Source: an uncultured Thermotogae bacterium (GTDB lineage: Bacteria > Bipolaricaulota > Bipolaricaulia > CAYUCE01). From it: a stretch of DNA of 51,523 nt. Shown here one piece after another: positions 11,430-20,452 of this stretch. The position numbers and the translations under genes were made by a program. The notes beneath the pieces were generated by a model. The model did not search any database. It saw only the letters and a list, made by a program, of their open reading frames with translations, and was not told the origin of the DNA. The stretch lies in NCBI GenBank assembly GCA_964443275.1, contig CAYUCE010000006.1, positions 1-51,523 of the forward strand. Direction: 5' to 3'. The number at the start of each line of letters is the position of its first letter. Position 1 is the stretch's first letter.

Positions 11430-11550
11430 GAATTGCAGAAGACAGGATAATAATGAGGGTGGTAAATATATACAAAGTAGATAGGAGGTAGACGGATAAC
11501 TTATCCATTTCCTTTGCCTCGGTTCCTTTTTTGAGTTTTGAAGTTTGCAT
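11419..11550 (-). CDS. putative ilv/leu leader peptide, 43 aa (not in the ORF track)
   Basis: AGGAG-8 nt-ATG; MQTSKLKKGTEAKEMDKLSVYLLSTLYIFTTLIIILSSAILPL*; lies between the promoter and ilvD. Confidence 0.65.
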   Translation of the reverse strand: MQTSKLKKGTEAKEMDKLSVYLLSTLYIFTTLIIILSSAILPL

Positions 11551-11582
11551 TAGTGTTTCTCCTATCCAGAATGTTGGTACAG

Positions 11583-11611
11583 TTTATAGCATAAAAGTTA
11601 TGGTTTGTCAA
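11583..11611 (-). promoter_or_regulatory. sigma70 promoter of the leader-ilvD operon
   Basis: TTGACA-17 nt-TATAAA with extended TG on the minus strand. Confidence 0.75.
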
Positions 11612-11625
11612 GGGCACTGAGCTGG

Positions 11626-11654
11626 TTGACCCCGGCTTCACTTACTGGTACAAT
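11626..11654 (+). promoter_or_regulatory. sigma70 promoter for ftsH (divergent)
   Basis: TTGACC-17 nt-TACAAT with extended TG. Confidence 0.65.
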
Positions 11655-11690
11655 AAATCCAAGATAAAATTAATTCTTTTAAATTAAGCT

Positions 11691-13520
11691 ATGGATGATA
11701 AAGAAAAAAGAAATAGAAACTTGAGAAATATTGCCTTAATTGTCATCGGGGTAATATTTGCTTTGATCCTTCTGCAGGCGCTGTTTGGAGGGGGCGAATC
11801 AACCCAGGAGATAAGTTACAGTGAGTTCATATCAATGGTAAAATCAGATCAGGTGGCGGCGGTGGAAATTGAGGGTATGGGTATTAGAGGGACTTTGGCC
11901 AGTGGTAGTAAGTTCAAAACTACTGCTCCATCTTCCGATCACCAATCCCTAACTGACCTGCTTTTAGAAAAGAACGTAAAAATTACAGCCCACAAACCGG
12001 ATGATAATTCTTGGCTGATGACCATATTCTTTTCCCTGCTCCCCATAGGTCTTTTGGTGGTGCTTTGGTTGTACATGATGCGCAGGATGCAAGGGGGAGG
12101 CAGCGGGGCCCTGTCATTCGGGCGGTCGCAGGCCAAGCTGGTTAATAAGGAATATTCGAAAGTAAACTTCGACAATGTGGCTGGAATCGATGAGGTTAAA
12201 GAAGAAGTTCAAGAGATAATTTCCTATCTAAAGGAGCCCCAGAAATTTGTGGAGATAGGGGCGGAGATTCCCAAAGGGGTGCTTTTGGTAGGTGCCCCCG
12301 GTACGGGAAAGACTTTGCTGGCCAGAGCTATAGCCGGTGAAGCAGATGTACCTTTTTACTCTATAAGCGGCTCCGATTTTGTGGAGATGTTCGTGGGAGT
12401 AGGGGCGGCTAGAGTAAGGGATTTATTCGATAAAGCAAAAGCCGAAAATACTGCTTCTATCGTCTTTATAGACGAAATAGATGCCGTAGGTCGAAAGAGA
12501 GGAGCAGGTATTGGCGGTGGTCATGATGAGCGGGAGCAGACTTTGAATCAGCTTCTTTCCGAGATGGATGGGTTCGAACCAAATGAGCATGTAATCATCC
12601 TGGCAGCCACAAACCGGCCAGATGTATTGGACCCGGCACTTTTAAGGCCGGGAAGGTTTGACCGTAAGATATCCGTCCGTGCTCCGGACATAAAGGGCAG
12701 AGAAGCCATCTTAAAGGTTCATACCAGGGATAAGAAGCTGGCTGAAGATGTGGATCTTAAAATTTTGGCCAGGAGAACTCCCGGTTTTGTAGGGGCCGAC
12801 TTGGAGAATCTGGCCAACGAAGCTGCCCTCCTGGCCGCCCGGCGTGATAAGCGAAGAATCGGGATGCAGGACTTTGAGGATTCAATTGATAGAGTGATTG
12901 CCGGTATCGAAAGAAAAGGCAGGCTAATCTCAGAGGAGGAAAAGGGAAAGATTGCCTATCACGAAGCTGGCCACGCTCTGGTGGGTAGACTCTTACCCCA
13001 CGCCGACCCGGTCCATCGGATATCTATCGTGCCCAGAGGGGAGGCCCTAGGATATACACTACAGCTTCCTTTAGAGGATAAATATTTGTATTCAAAAGAC
13101 GAACTTTTGGATCGATTAACCGGCATGTTAGGAGGAAGGGCTGCAGAAGAGCTGATCTTCAATGCTATTACTACCGGTGCCCAAGATGATCTAGAGAAAG
13201 TCACCGAGATTGCCAAAAGAATGGTGGTCTCATACGGAATGAGCGACCGGCTGGGACCTATTAACTTGGGACGCCAAAATGGTAACGTCTTCTTAGGAGA
13301 GGAGATAGTCAAAAGCCGCGAGCATTCAGAAGGCCTCTCCTCGCTGGTTGATGAGGAGATTAAAAGCATCATCGAGCACTGCTATGAAAAGGCCTACCAG
13401 ATCCTTAAAAAGAATAAAGAGATGCTTACTAAGATAGCCAATAAGCTGCTGGATGTGGAGGTCCTGGAGGGCGAACAGTTAGATAAGCTGCTGGAGCAAA
13501 CCGCCCCAGAGGTAGTCTAG
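11691..13520 (+). CDS. ftsH: ATP-dependent zinc metalloprotease FtsH
   Basis: Two TM helices, [29 protein letters not shown]. Confidence 0.98.
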   Translation: MDDKEKRNRNLRNIALIVIGVIFALILLQALFGGGESTQEISYSEFISMVKSDQVAAVEIEGMGIRGTLASGSKFKTTAPSSDHQSLTDLLLEKNVKITAHKPDDNSWLMTIFFSLLPIGLLVVLWLYMMRRMQGGGSGALSFGRSQAKLVNKEYSKVNFDNVAGIDEVKEEVQEIISYLKEPQKFVEIGAEIPKGVLLVGAPGTGKTLLARAIAGEADVPFYSISGSDFVEMFVGVGAARVRDLFDKAKAENTASIVFIDEIDAVGRKRGAGIGGGHDEREQTLNQLLSEMDGFEPNEHVIILAATNRPDVLDPALLRPGRFDRKISVRAPDIKGREAILKVHTRDKKLAEDVDLKILARRTPGFVGADLENLANEAALLAARRDKRRIGMQDFEDSIDRVIAGIERKGRLISEEEKGKIAYHEAGHALVGRLLPHADPVHRISIVPRGEALGYTLQLPLEDKYLYSKDELLDRLTGMLGGRAAEELIFNAITTGAQDDLEKVTEIAKRMVVSYGMSDRLGPINLGRQNGNVFLGEEIVKSREHSEGLSSLVDEEIKSIIEHCYEKAYQILKKNKEMLTKIANKLLDVEVLEGEQLDKLLEQTAPEVV

Positions 13521-13523
13521 ACG

Positions 13524-14693
13524 ATGCGAAAAAATGTAGCAGTCCTCGGTTCCACCGGCTCCATTGGAACCCAAACCCTGGAAGTCATCAAAAATCTAAA
13601 TGAGCATACCAATCATCAGTTTGAGGTCCTAACCCTGGCCTGCGGGCGGAATTTAAATCTTTTAGAAAAGCAGATAAAAAGGTTCAAGCCGCAGGCGGTA
13701 GCTATAAAAAACCAACAGGATATCGATCAGTTAAGGGAAGCTTTAGGTGATGATTTTCGCGATTTAGCTGTTTATTCAGGTAAGGAAGGTCTGCGTAAAG
13801 TGGCCACCTGGCAAGGGGTCGGGCTGGTGATAAACGGTTTAGTGGGAGCGGTGGGGCTGGAATCCACCCTTGCGGCTATAGAGAAGGACATAGATATTGC
13901 CCTGGCTAACAAGGAGTCCATGGTTATTGGGGGTGAGCTGATAAATAAAGTGCTTGCCAACAGCAAAAGTAATATAATCCCGGTGGACAGTGAACATTCG
14001 GCCATATTCCAATGTCTTCAAGCTGGCAAGCCCCAAGAGGTAGACCGGATTATTTTAACCGCTTCTGGAGGAGCCACCCGGGACATGGACCCGGATAAGT
14101 TAGAAAACGCCAGTCGCGAGGCCATACTCAAACATCCCAATTGGGATATGGGCCAAAAGATAACTGTAGATTCAGCTACCTTGGTTAATAAGGGATTAGA
14201 AGTTATAGAGGCTCACTGGCTGTTTGAAGTCCCTTATGAAGAAATAGAAGTAAAGATACATCCTCAGTCCATTATTCACTCTATGGTGGGATTTAAGGAC
14301 AGTTCAATTATCGCTCAGCTTGGATTACCGGATATGCGGATTCCCATCCAATACGCTCTCACCTACCCCAAGCGGGTGCGAAATTTTCATCCGGCGCTTG
14401 ATTTGGCTAAAGTAGCTAAGCTTACATTTAAAAATGTAGATCATCGAAGGTATCCTGCTTTTAACACCGTAGTTGAAGCTGGAAGGAGGGGAGGAACTTA
14501 CCCGGCGGTTATAAACGCCGCCAATGAAGTTTTGGTGGCCATGTTTTTGGAGGGGGAGATCAACTTCGGCCAGATCGCCAAAGTATTGGGAGAGATTTCA
14601 AAAGAGTATGAACCGGGGCCGGTTACAGAGTTAGAGGATATCTTGGAAGCCGATAAGTGGGGACGAAAGGTCGTTCTATCTTTAACTTGCTAA
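13524..14693 (+). CDS. dxr: 1-deoxy-D-xylulose 5-phosphate reductoisomerase
   Basis: LGSTGSIG, LANKES, PVDSEH, HPNWDMG, NKGLEVIEA. Confidence 0.97.
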   Translation: MRKNVAVLGSTGSIGTQTLEVIKNLNEHTNHQFEVLTLACGRNLNLLEKQIKRFKPQAVAIKNQQDIDQLREALGDDFRDLAVYSGKEGLRKVATWQGVGLVINGLVGAVGLESTLAAIEKDIDIALANKESMVIGGELINKVLANSKSNIIPVDSEHSAIFQCLQAGKPQEVDRIILTASGGATRDMDPDKLENASREAILKHPNWDMGQKITVDSATLVNKGLEVIEAHWLFEVPYEEIEVKIHPQSIIHSMVGFKDSSIIAQLGLPDMRIPIQYALTYPKRVRNFHPALDLAKVAKLTFKNVDHRRYPAFNTVVEAGRRGGTYPAVINAANEVLVAMFLEGEINFGQIAKVLGEISKEYEPGPVTELEDILEADKWGRKVVLSLTC

Positions 14694-14709
14694 AGGTAAA
14701 GGAGCCAAT

Positions 14710-15012
14710 ATGCCTCCGACAATAGATGAAATAGAGAGAATTTTACAGGATAAGGTATATCATCCAGAGTTTGAAATAAATGTAGTTGACTTAGGTCTTA
14801 TCTATGATATCCAAGTTGATGAAAAGGAAATAAACTTGGTGATGACCACCCCTAACCCTAAAAGTCCTAAAATCAGCTCCATAGCTGGTGAAATAGAAGC
14901 ATTGCTTAATGAGAAGTTTGAACAAATGGAAGTTGAAGTAAGCCTTACCTGGGAGCCGGAATGGAATCCGAGTATGATAAAGGATAGGGCCAAGGCCGAC
15001 CCACAGGGTTAG
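14710..15012 (+). CDS. DUF59/MIP18 (SufT/PaaD-like) protein lacking the conserved Cys
   Basis: HPEFEINVVDLGLIYDI and LTWEPEWNP; no Cys in the protein. Confidence 0.8.
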   Translation: MPPTIDEIERILQDKVYHPEFEINVVDLGLIYDIQVDEKEINLVMTTPNPKSPKISSIAGEIEALLNEKFEQMEVEVSLTWEPEWNPSMIKDRAKADPQG

Positions 15013-15057
15013 GAATCAGAAATTTGACCCCAGCAATTTAAAAACCAGATTAAAGAT

Positions 15058-15711
15058 ATGAAAGAATGTATTTATTGTAAAGATAATCGGGGTAGAAGGG
15101 AATGTCCGGCACTAGGGGGCCTCATATGTAGTAGGTGCTGTGGCGAAAACAGGGGTATCAATATAGACTGTCCCTTGGATTGTAGATATTTTAGAAAACA
15201 CGAAAGCTACCAGCGAGCTAAGTTAAGCGATGATTACAGGAGTACCTTGCTTGAAGTTGTGGAAGATCTCTTTGAAAAAGGACAGGACACTATAGGATTT
15301 CTCACCTATTTGGAAGGTTCTATCTATCAATACTATGAGGAAGAAAGAAAGAAGGCGGGCCGGGATAAAGAAGTCCGGGAAGCTTTGGAGTTTTTAAAAA
15401 GAAGGCTCAGTGCAATCGAAATAGTGGAGACCATAGGTTCTGATCTCGGTAAATATTTATGGAAAGGGATGCAGGAATACTTGCCGAAAGTGCCGGTAGA
15501 TGAGGAAGAGGCAAAAGAAGCAATCGAAAGGTTAGAAGAGGTTTTTAATAAATACTCAGACAGTGAAAATCCCCGCCAATGCCTGCAAGGCCTGTTAGGC
15601 CATGTGGAAAAAGACTTCCCTTCACCAGAGGAAGAGGAAAGATCGATAGTTTCTCCCCAAGGATTAATAATGACCCCGGATGATTTGAGGCGACAATATA
15701 AGCAAGGTTAA
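15058..15711 (+). CDS. hypothetical protein with Cys-rich N-terminal putative Zn-binding domain
   Basis: CIYC...RECPA...ICSRCCG...IDCPLDCRY. Confidence 0.7.
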   Translation: MKECIYCKDNRGRRECPALGGLICSRCCGENRGINIDCPLDCRYFRKHESYQRAKLSDDYRSTLLEVVEDLFEKGQDTIGFLTYLEGSIYQYYEEERKKAGRDKEVREALEFLKRRLSAIEIVETIGSDLGKYLWKGMQEYLPKVPVDEEEAKEAIERLEEVFNKYSDSENPRQCLQGLLGHVEKDFPSPEEEERSIVSPQGLIMTPDDLRRQYKQG

Positions 15712-15857
15712 GCGCCTATTTATCTCTCCAGCCGTGAGCAGGTTTATTAATCCCAACGGAAGCTTTAAATCATTTTGTCCGGGTAGATGGAACAACTACC
15801 ATGCGCTAATAAAGTGCCGAATACAATCTAGGGAGCAGATACACCTTAGAGAGAATT

Positions 15858-17564
15858 TTATCCAAACTTAAACAAGTTATTGCCTTCTATAGCAGGAGTA
15901 ACCTCCGAGGAAATCTTTACTCCTATTTTTGATCCTATTTTCGCGTTAGTAACGTTCTCATCGTCAATCTGAATATTTTCAACTTTAAATTTGCAAAAAT
16001 GAACATCTTCTATAAATATCTCTTCGCCTATAGATAAACCATGCCTTTCTAATTCAAAAATCAAAACATTTGGTTTAGGATAAACTTTCTCAATTGTCCC
16101 AATACGGGCCCATTTTGTAGGTTTAAAATTTACAAAGCCTGGTTTAGTTAGAGAGGAGTGAAAATCACCTACGGTTATTATCCCCCTTTTTATAGCAACA
16201 AAAACCCTGAAAAGTTGCCAAGTGGTAACTAAACTATATGGCCCTTCTTCAGCATCCTTAATTTCCTGGGTGGTAAATGGACAGGTGTCTCGCTGTGTAG
16301 GTTCCGTGAATTTCGAGTGATTTAGCACAAATACACCTTTTATCTCTTTGTTGGGATATTCCTTTTGGCGTCGATGAAGATATTTCAGAACTTGATTGCA
16401 TTCTGATTCTGATGGGGTAGGTCTCTTGATACCTTTGGCCTCAATTAAAGTCATGTCGAAGTCTCGAAGTTGCAAATCTTCCTGTAAATTTTCATCGTCT
16501 TGAATTTCTTCGTCCATGTTATGAACAGCCTGATATCCAATTTCATCTAAAAACTTTTCTAAATTTTTCACTAAACGTTCGTCATCGGCTTGTGAACCAA
16601 CTATCCCATATAAGAAACTATAACTATCTATTACTTTTTCAATATCTGACTCAATATCCAAGATTGTTCTTTTGAATTTCTCCTCAAGCTCCTCTCGTTT
16701 ATGATATAACTTTTCTAATTCAGGGACCCTATAAACAGATTTTCTATATAATTCTGTTATTGCTAACTCCGGAAACATTTTCGGCAAAATACTTGGCAAA
16801 TAATTAGTTAACAAATCTGATAAGGCTTGAGAGGGGTTTTCAAATAGTGGATGGATAAGAACTAAACCATAATTGTCTTCATCAACATCATGATAAGCTA
16901 TTGAGGTAATTTTGTTATCTTTATCTTCAGCTAGAGCTATAAAATTGTTTGCAAAGTAACCCAGAAAGTGAAATTTAGAGTTAGCTTTGCTGTTTTCTAT
17001 GTAATTATCCATCCATATTCCAAGGAGAGTTTCGTTTTTTGCAGAAAATAACTTATTTCGAATATTTAGAGAGATATCTAAAGGGACAAAATCTATAAAA
17101 GTAAAATTAGAAAACTCCGCTTCTTCTCTTGAGCGCCTTATCAATCTTCCTTCCTTTTTTCGAACTGTCACATATTGTTCCTCATACTTTAGGTGGGCTG
17201 GAACAATTAGTATCCCTCCTCTTTTCAGGATATTTTGGATGTCTTTTCTTATTAATGATTGGAAATAAGGTTTGGGGTCAAAATAGTTCTGTCCACGGGG
17301 TTTGATAATCAATTGTTCCTCCATGGAATGCTCCTCCGGTTCAGGATAATTCCCTTTCTCCATTTCAGGTTTCCGGTTATCTATCAATACGATATCCGCT
17401 TCTCCTAACCCCCTTAATGAGGCCCTTGGATATATGGCTTGCTCCTTAATAGATGTAGACACCTTTTTCCCCAATGTTCCCTCTTTTACGTTAAACCCCT
17501 TATCTTTAAGCATACGTACTATTTTCGCATTAATATCGATACAATAAATAATTGATCGGCCCAT
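15858..17564 (-). CDS. PD-(D/E)xK nuclease-domain protein with central coiled coil and C-terminal EF-Tu-domain-II-like beta-barrel
   Basis: EDLQL...LIEAKG...QVLKY nuclease motif; C-terminal IGTIEKVYPK...LSIGEEI...VENIQID...AKIGSKIGVK; AT-rich. Confidence 0.6.
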   Translation of the reverse strand: MGRSIIYCIDINAKIVRMLKDKGFNVKEGTLGKKVSTSIKEQAIYPRASLRGLGEADIVLIDNRKPEMEKGNYPEPEEHSMEEQLIIKPRGQNYFDPKPYFQSLIRKDIQNILKRGGILIVPAHLKYEEQYVTVRKKEGRLIRRSREEAEFSNFTFIDFVPLDISLNIRNKLFSAKNETLLGIWMDNYIENSKANSKFHFLGYFANNFIALAEDKDNKITSIAYHDVDEDNYGLVLIHPLFENPSQALSDLLTNYLPSILPKMFPELAITELYRKSVYRVPELEKLYHKREELEEKFKRTILDIESDIEKVIDSYSFLYGIVGSQADDERLVKNLEKFLDEIGYQAVHNMDEEIQDDENLQEDLQLRDFDMTLIEAKGIKRPTPSESECNQVLKYLHRRQKEYPNKEIKGVFVLNHSKFTEPTQRDTCPFTTQEIKDAEEGPYSLVTTWQLFRVFVAIKRGIITVGDFHSSLTKPGFVNFKPTKWARIGTIEKVYPKPNVLIFELERHGLSIGEEIFIEDVHFCKFKVENIQIDDENVTNAKIGSKIGVKISSEVTPAIEGNNLFKFG

Positions 17565-17783
17565 TTTTAATCACCACCGCAGGTTTACTTTGATCTCCAA
17601 CTTTCAGTACGTTTAGTTGCCTTGTTGAATCATAAAAAGCAGATGGCTTTTCCTCTAAATAAAACAACTTATCATAAGGTGCTAGAAAAGATTGTTATTT
17701 ACCGCAAATGCCCCTGCTTATTAATTTGTCTTTTCGGATTATTAAAATCATTATGTATTCAAGTTATTTATATAATATATCGT

Positions 17784-17966
17784 TCACTTTTCAAAGTGAA
17801 GTCTTTTCGATAACCTTGGATCCCTACGTATAATCTCTTGTCCTCCTGTGATATATGCTAATTCATCCCAATTTGCTTTGGTGAAGGCGCGTTCTATACA
17901 TCGCTTAATAGGCAAAATCATCTTATCTTCCCCTTCTGCCTCCAAAATACGCTTACATCTCATCAT
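17784..17966 (-). pseudogene. short ORF, possible N-terminal remnant of an abortive-infection (AbiJ/Abi_C-type) gene
   Basis: FTKANWDELAYITG...PRLSKRLHF recalls Abi N-terminal domains (from memory); stops abruptly within a TTCACTTT/AAAGTGAA palindrome. Confidence 0.35.
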
Positions 17967-17968
17967 TA

Positions 17969-20443
17969 TTAATCCTCTTCTAATTTCTCCACTATCTCAT
18001 CTACCAATTCACGAATTTCAGGTGTTATACGATTTAATACACTCTTATCCCCGGTCTCAATAAATTGTATCGCTTTTCGATAGGGTTTTAAAAACTCGAT
18101 CAAATCAGTTTGATCGCTTTCTTCAATAATCTGAAGTGTTCGTTTCATGAGTTCGATATCCCTATTTTCTAGGAGGTTTTTAAAGTAAGTTCCAACGAGT
18201 TCCTGGGTTCTATCAGAGGAGGCATCACTCACGTAAGTCAAAGCTTTCTTGAGATGGGTAATAGCTTTTTCATAATTCCCGCTGGATATTCTTTTCTTTG
18301 AGAGCTCAAGTCCTGTTCCAAATGCTCTGGCGGCGGTTTCTTGAACCATTGATTCCTTATCCATTTCAAGTGCTATGGAGTAAGCCTCGTTTGCATCCTC
18401 AAAAGCTTCAGAATATTCTTCTTGTTCCATGAAAGCCTGGCTTCGATGGAGAAGACAAATCACTATTATCATATCCTCTTCTGCGTGTTCAAGTGCTTTC
18501 GTGCACGACTTAATAGCCTCGGCACTTTTTCCCATCCTTAAATAAGTCACTCCAAGGTTCGACCATGCGAAGGGAAGTTCCGGTCTGATGTCAATGGCAG
18601 CTTGGTAGCAACGGATAGCCTCATCAAGTTCACCCTTTTCACTATAAGCAATACTCATGTTAAACCAAGCTTCATAGCCATCGGGCTTTATTTCTACTGC
18701 CTTTTGGTAGCAACGGATAGCTTCATCTAGTTCATCTTTTTGCCTATAAGCGTTACCCATGTTCTGCCAAGCTTTATAGTCATCGGGCTTAATATCCATT
18801 ACTCTTTTATAGCATTGAATAGCTTCATTCAGTTCTCCTTTCCATGAGTGAACAATACCCATATTGCCCCAAGCTGCATAGTCATCGGGTTTTATTTCTA
18901 CTGCCTTTTGGTAGCAGCGGATAGCTTCATCTAGTTCACCCTTTTGGCTACAGACGAAAGCCTTTTCAATATAGACGTAAACTAAAAGCTCTTCGTCATT
19001 ATCGGATTTTGCTTTGGAAAATAGATCTTCTACTTCCACCTCTGCATCTTCGAGGTCTCCAATACGTGCTAGGCTCATGACTCGCTGGTAATGTACCGTT
19101 TCTCGAATTGGTGAAGGGCTCGCTTCTTGGAGGTAATATAACCTATCTGTAATTTCTTTAACTTTATCTAAGGCGCTATCAGAAATGGAAGCTTGTAGTT
19201 TTTTAAACAATTCGGTAGGTCGCTCGCTTAGTTCTTCTGGTTCGAACCAAATCTTAATGAATTTGACAATAAACCTTAGACGTTTTCGGCCCGCCTCTAC
19301 GCGCATTTGGCGCCAGAATCTAAACAGTCGTTCATTTATATCATAATCATAAAGTGTCTCTTTCTTGTTCTTTACCTTAATAGCTTTCACAAAACCTCTT
19401 TTTTTCAATCGCCCAAGCTGGGTATTGGTAGCATTTACCGGCAATCGGGCAAAATTTGCTATTTCTGTAGGCGTGGAAGGACCATCTAATAGAGCAATGG
19501 AATCGACAATTTTCCTTTGTTGAGGAGAGAGCTCCTTCATGCGGTCCTGGAAATACGGAGTCATCTCGTCAAGTAAGTCAATAAAATTTCTTTCTACTTC
19601 TATGATCTTAAATTCAGCGAAAATTTTATAGAGACTTAAGATAAGACGAGGGTTACCCCCGGTTAGGTGGTTAATTGCTTTCAGGCGGTCTTCGTACTTA
19701 TCAAGTTTTTCCATAAGTTCTTCTTTTCCATCTAGCATTAACCGTTTTTTGATCACTTCCTTAACAAGGTCGTCTTCTATCTCCTGAAGCCAGATTATTT
19801 CAAAGAAGTTATAAAAAGACTCTCCATACTCTACGATAGCGTCAAACAGGCTAGGCGCAGCTCCAATGAGCATGAAAGTATCCTTGCTCATCAAAATATC
19901 CCTTAACCTACCCTGGTCTTCCTCAGTGAAATATGGTAGCATCTCATGAAGATTATCGATTAGCAGAAGAAATCGCTTGCCTGTTTCTTGAGATCTTTTG
20001 GAAAGATACTCTAATATTTCTTCCCTTTCTTTCTCTCCAGGGAGACTAACTTTATTTATCCTTTTTTTAAGTTGGTGTAATTTCTCATCCGGGGCTACTT
20101 GCCTTAGCCTTTCCAAAACTTCTAGGAGAAGATCTATTAAAGAGGTAATCCGATATTCCTCCTCGGCAAATAGAATGGGCACCCAGTCTTCGCTGAGTGA
20201 TTTGGAAAAACCATCCCATTTGATAGTTCCTTTCACCCCGTAATAGATAAGAAGAAGCAAATGAGTCTTACCTATTCCTCGGGGACCCACAAATAGAAAG
20301 CTCTGATTTGCTTTTCTATCTTTTCCCTCTTTTAGAGTCTTAAATATTCTTTCAAGTTCCTTTTCCCTACCTACCAGGGACTTTTTTAGATCTTGTGGAT
20401 CTTTAAGTGCGGGTGTATATCTGAAAATTTCGTTTACCATCAT
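17969..20443 (-). CDS. STAND-type NTPase with winged helix and C-terminal TPR repeats
   Basis: GPRGIGKT Walker A, LLLIDN Walker B, TGGNPR GxP motif, wHTH, 34-aa TPRs (ELDEAIRCYQKAVEIKPD). Confidence 0.85.
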   Translation of the reverse strand: MMVNEIFRYTPALKDPQDLKKSLVGREKELERIFKTLKEGKDRKANQSFLFVGPRGIGKTHLLLLIYYGVKGTIKWDGFSKSLSEDWVPILFAEEEYRITSLIDLLLEVLERLRQVAPDEKLHQLKKRINKVSLPGEKEREEILEYLSKRSQETGKRFLLLIDNLHEMLPYFTEEDQGRLRDILMSKDTFMLIGAAPSLFDAIVEYGESFYNFFEIIWLQEIEDDLVKEVIKKRLMLDGKEELMEKLDKYEDRLKAINHLTGGNPRLILSLYKIFAEFKIIEVERNFIDLLDEMTPYFQDRMKELSPQQRKIVDSIALLDGPSTPTEIANFARLPVNATNTQLGRLKKRGFVKAIKVKNKKETLYDYDINERLFRFWRQMRVEAGRKRLRFIVKFIKIWFEPEELSERPTELFKKLQASISDSALDKVKEITDRLYYLQEASPSPIRETVHYQRVMSLARIGDLEDAEVEVEDLFSKAKSDNDEELLVYVYIEKAFVCSQKGELDEAIRCYQKAVEIKPDDYAAWGNMGIVHSWKGELNEAIQCYKRVMDIKPDDYKAWQNMGNAYRQKDELDEAIRCYQKAVEIKPDGYEAWFNMSIAYSEKGELDEAIRCYQAAIDIRPELPFAWSNLGVTYLRMGKSAEAIKSCTKALEHAEEDMIIVICLLHRSQAFMEQEEYSEAFEDANEAYSIALEMDKESMVQETAARAFGTGLELSKKRISSGNYEKAITHLKKALTYVSDASSDRTQELVGTYFKNLLENRDIELMKRTLQIIEESDQTDLIEFLKPYRKAIQFIETGDKSVLNRITPEIRELVDEIVEKLEED
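18540..18950 (-). repeat. tandem 102-nt TPR-coding repeats (approximate limits)
   Basis: Near-identical tttctactgccttttggtagcarcggatagcttcatctagttca at about 18691 and 18895. Confidence 0.8.
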
Positions 20444-20452
20444 TTGCCTCCC

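Noticed and set aside
11307-11580. T-box riboswitch before ilvD
   Set aside because: No GGTGGnACCGCG T-box or stem I motifs; a leader ORF fits better.
15712-17780. Integron attC sites around the nuclease gene
   Set aside because: No clean RYYYAAC...GTTRRRY pair with a complementary stem, and no integrase in the window.
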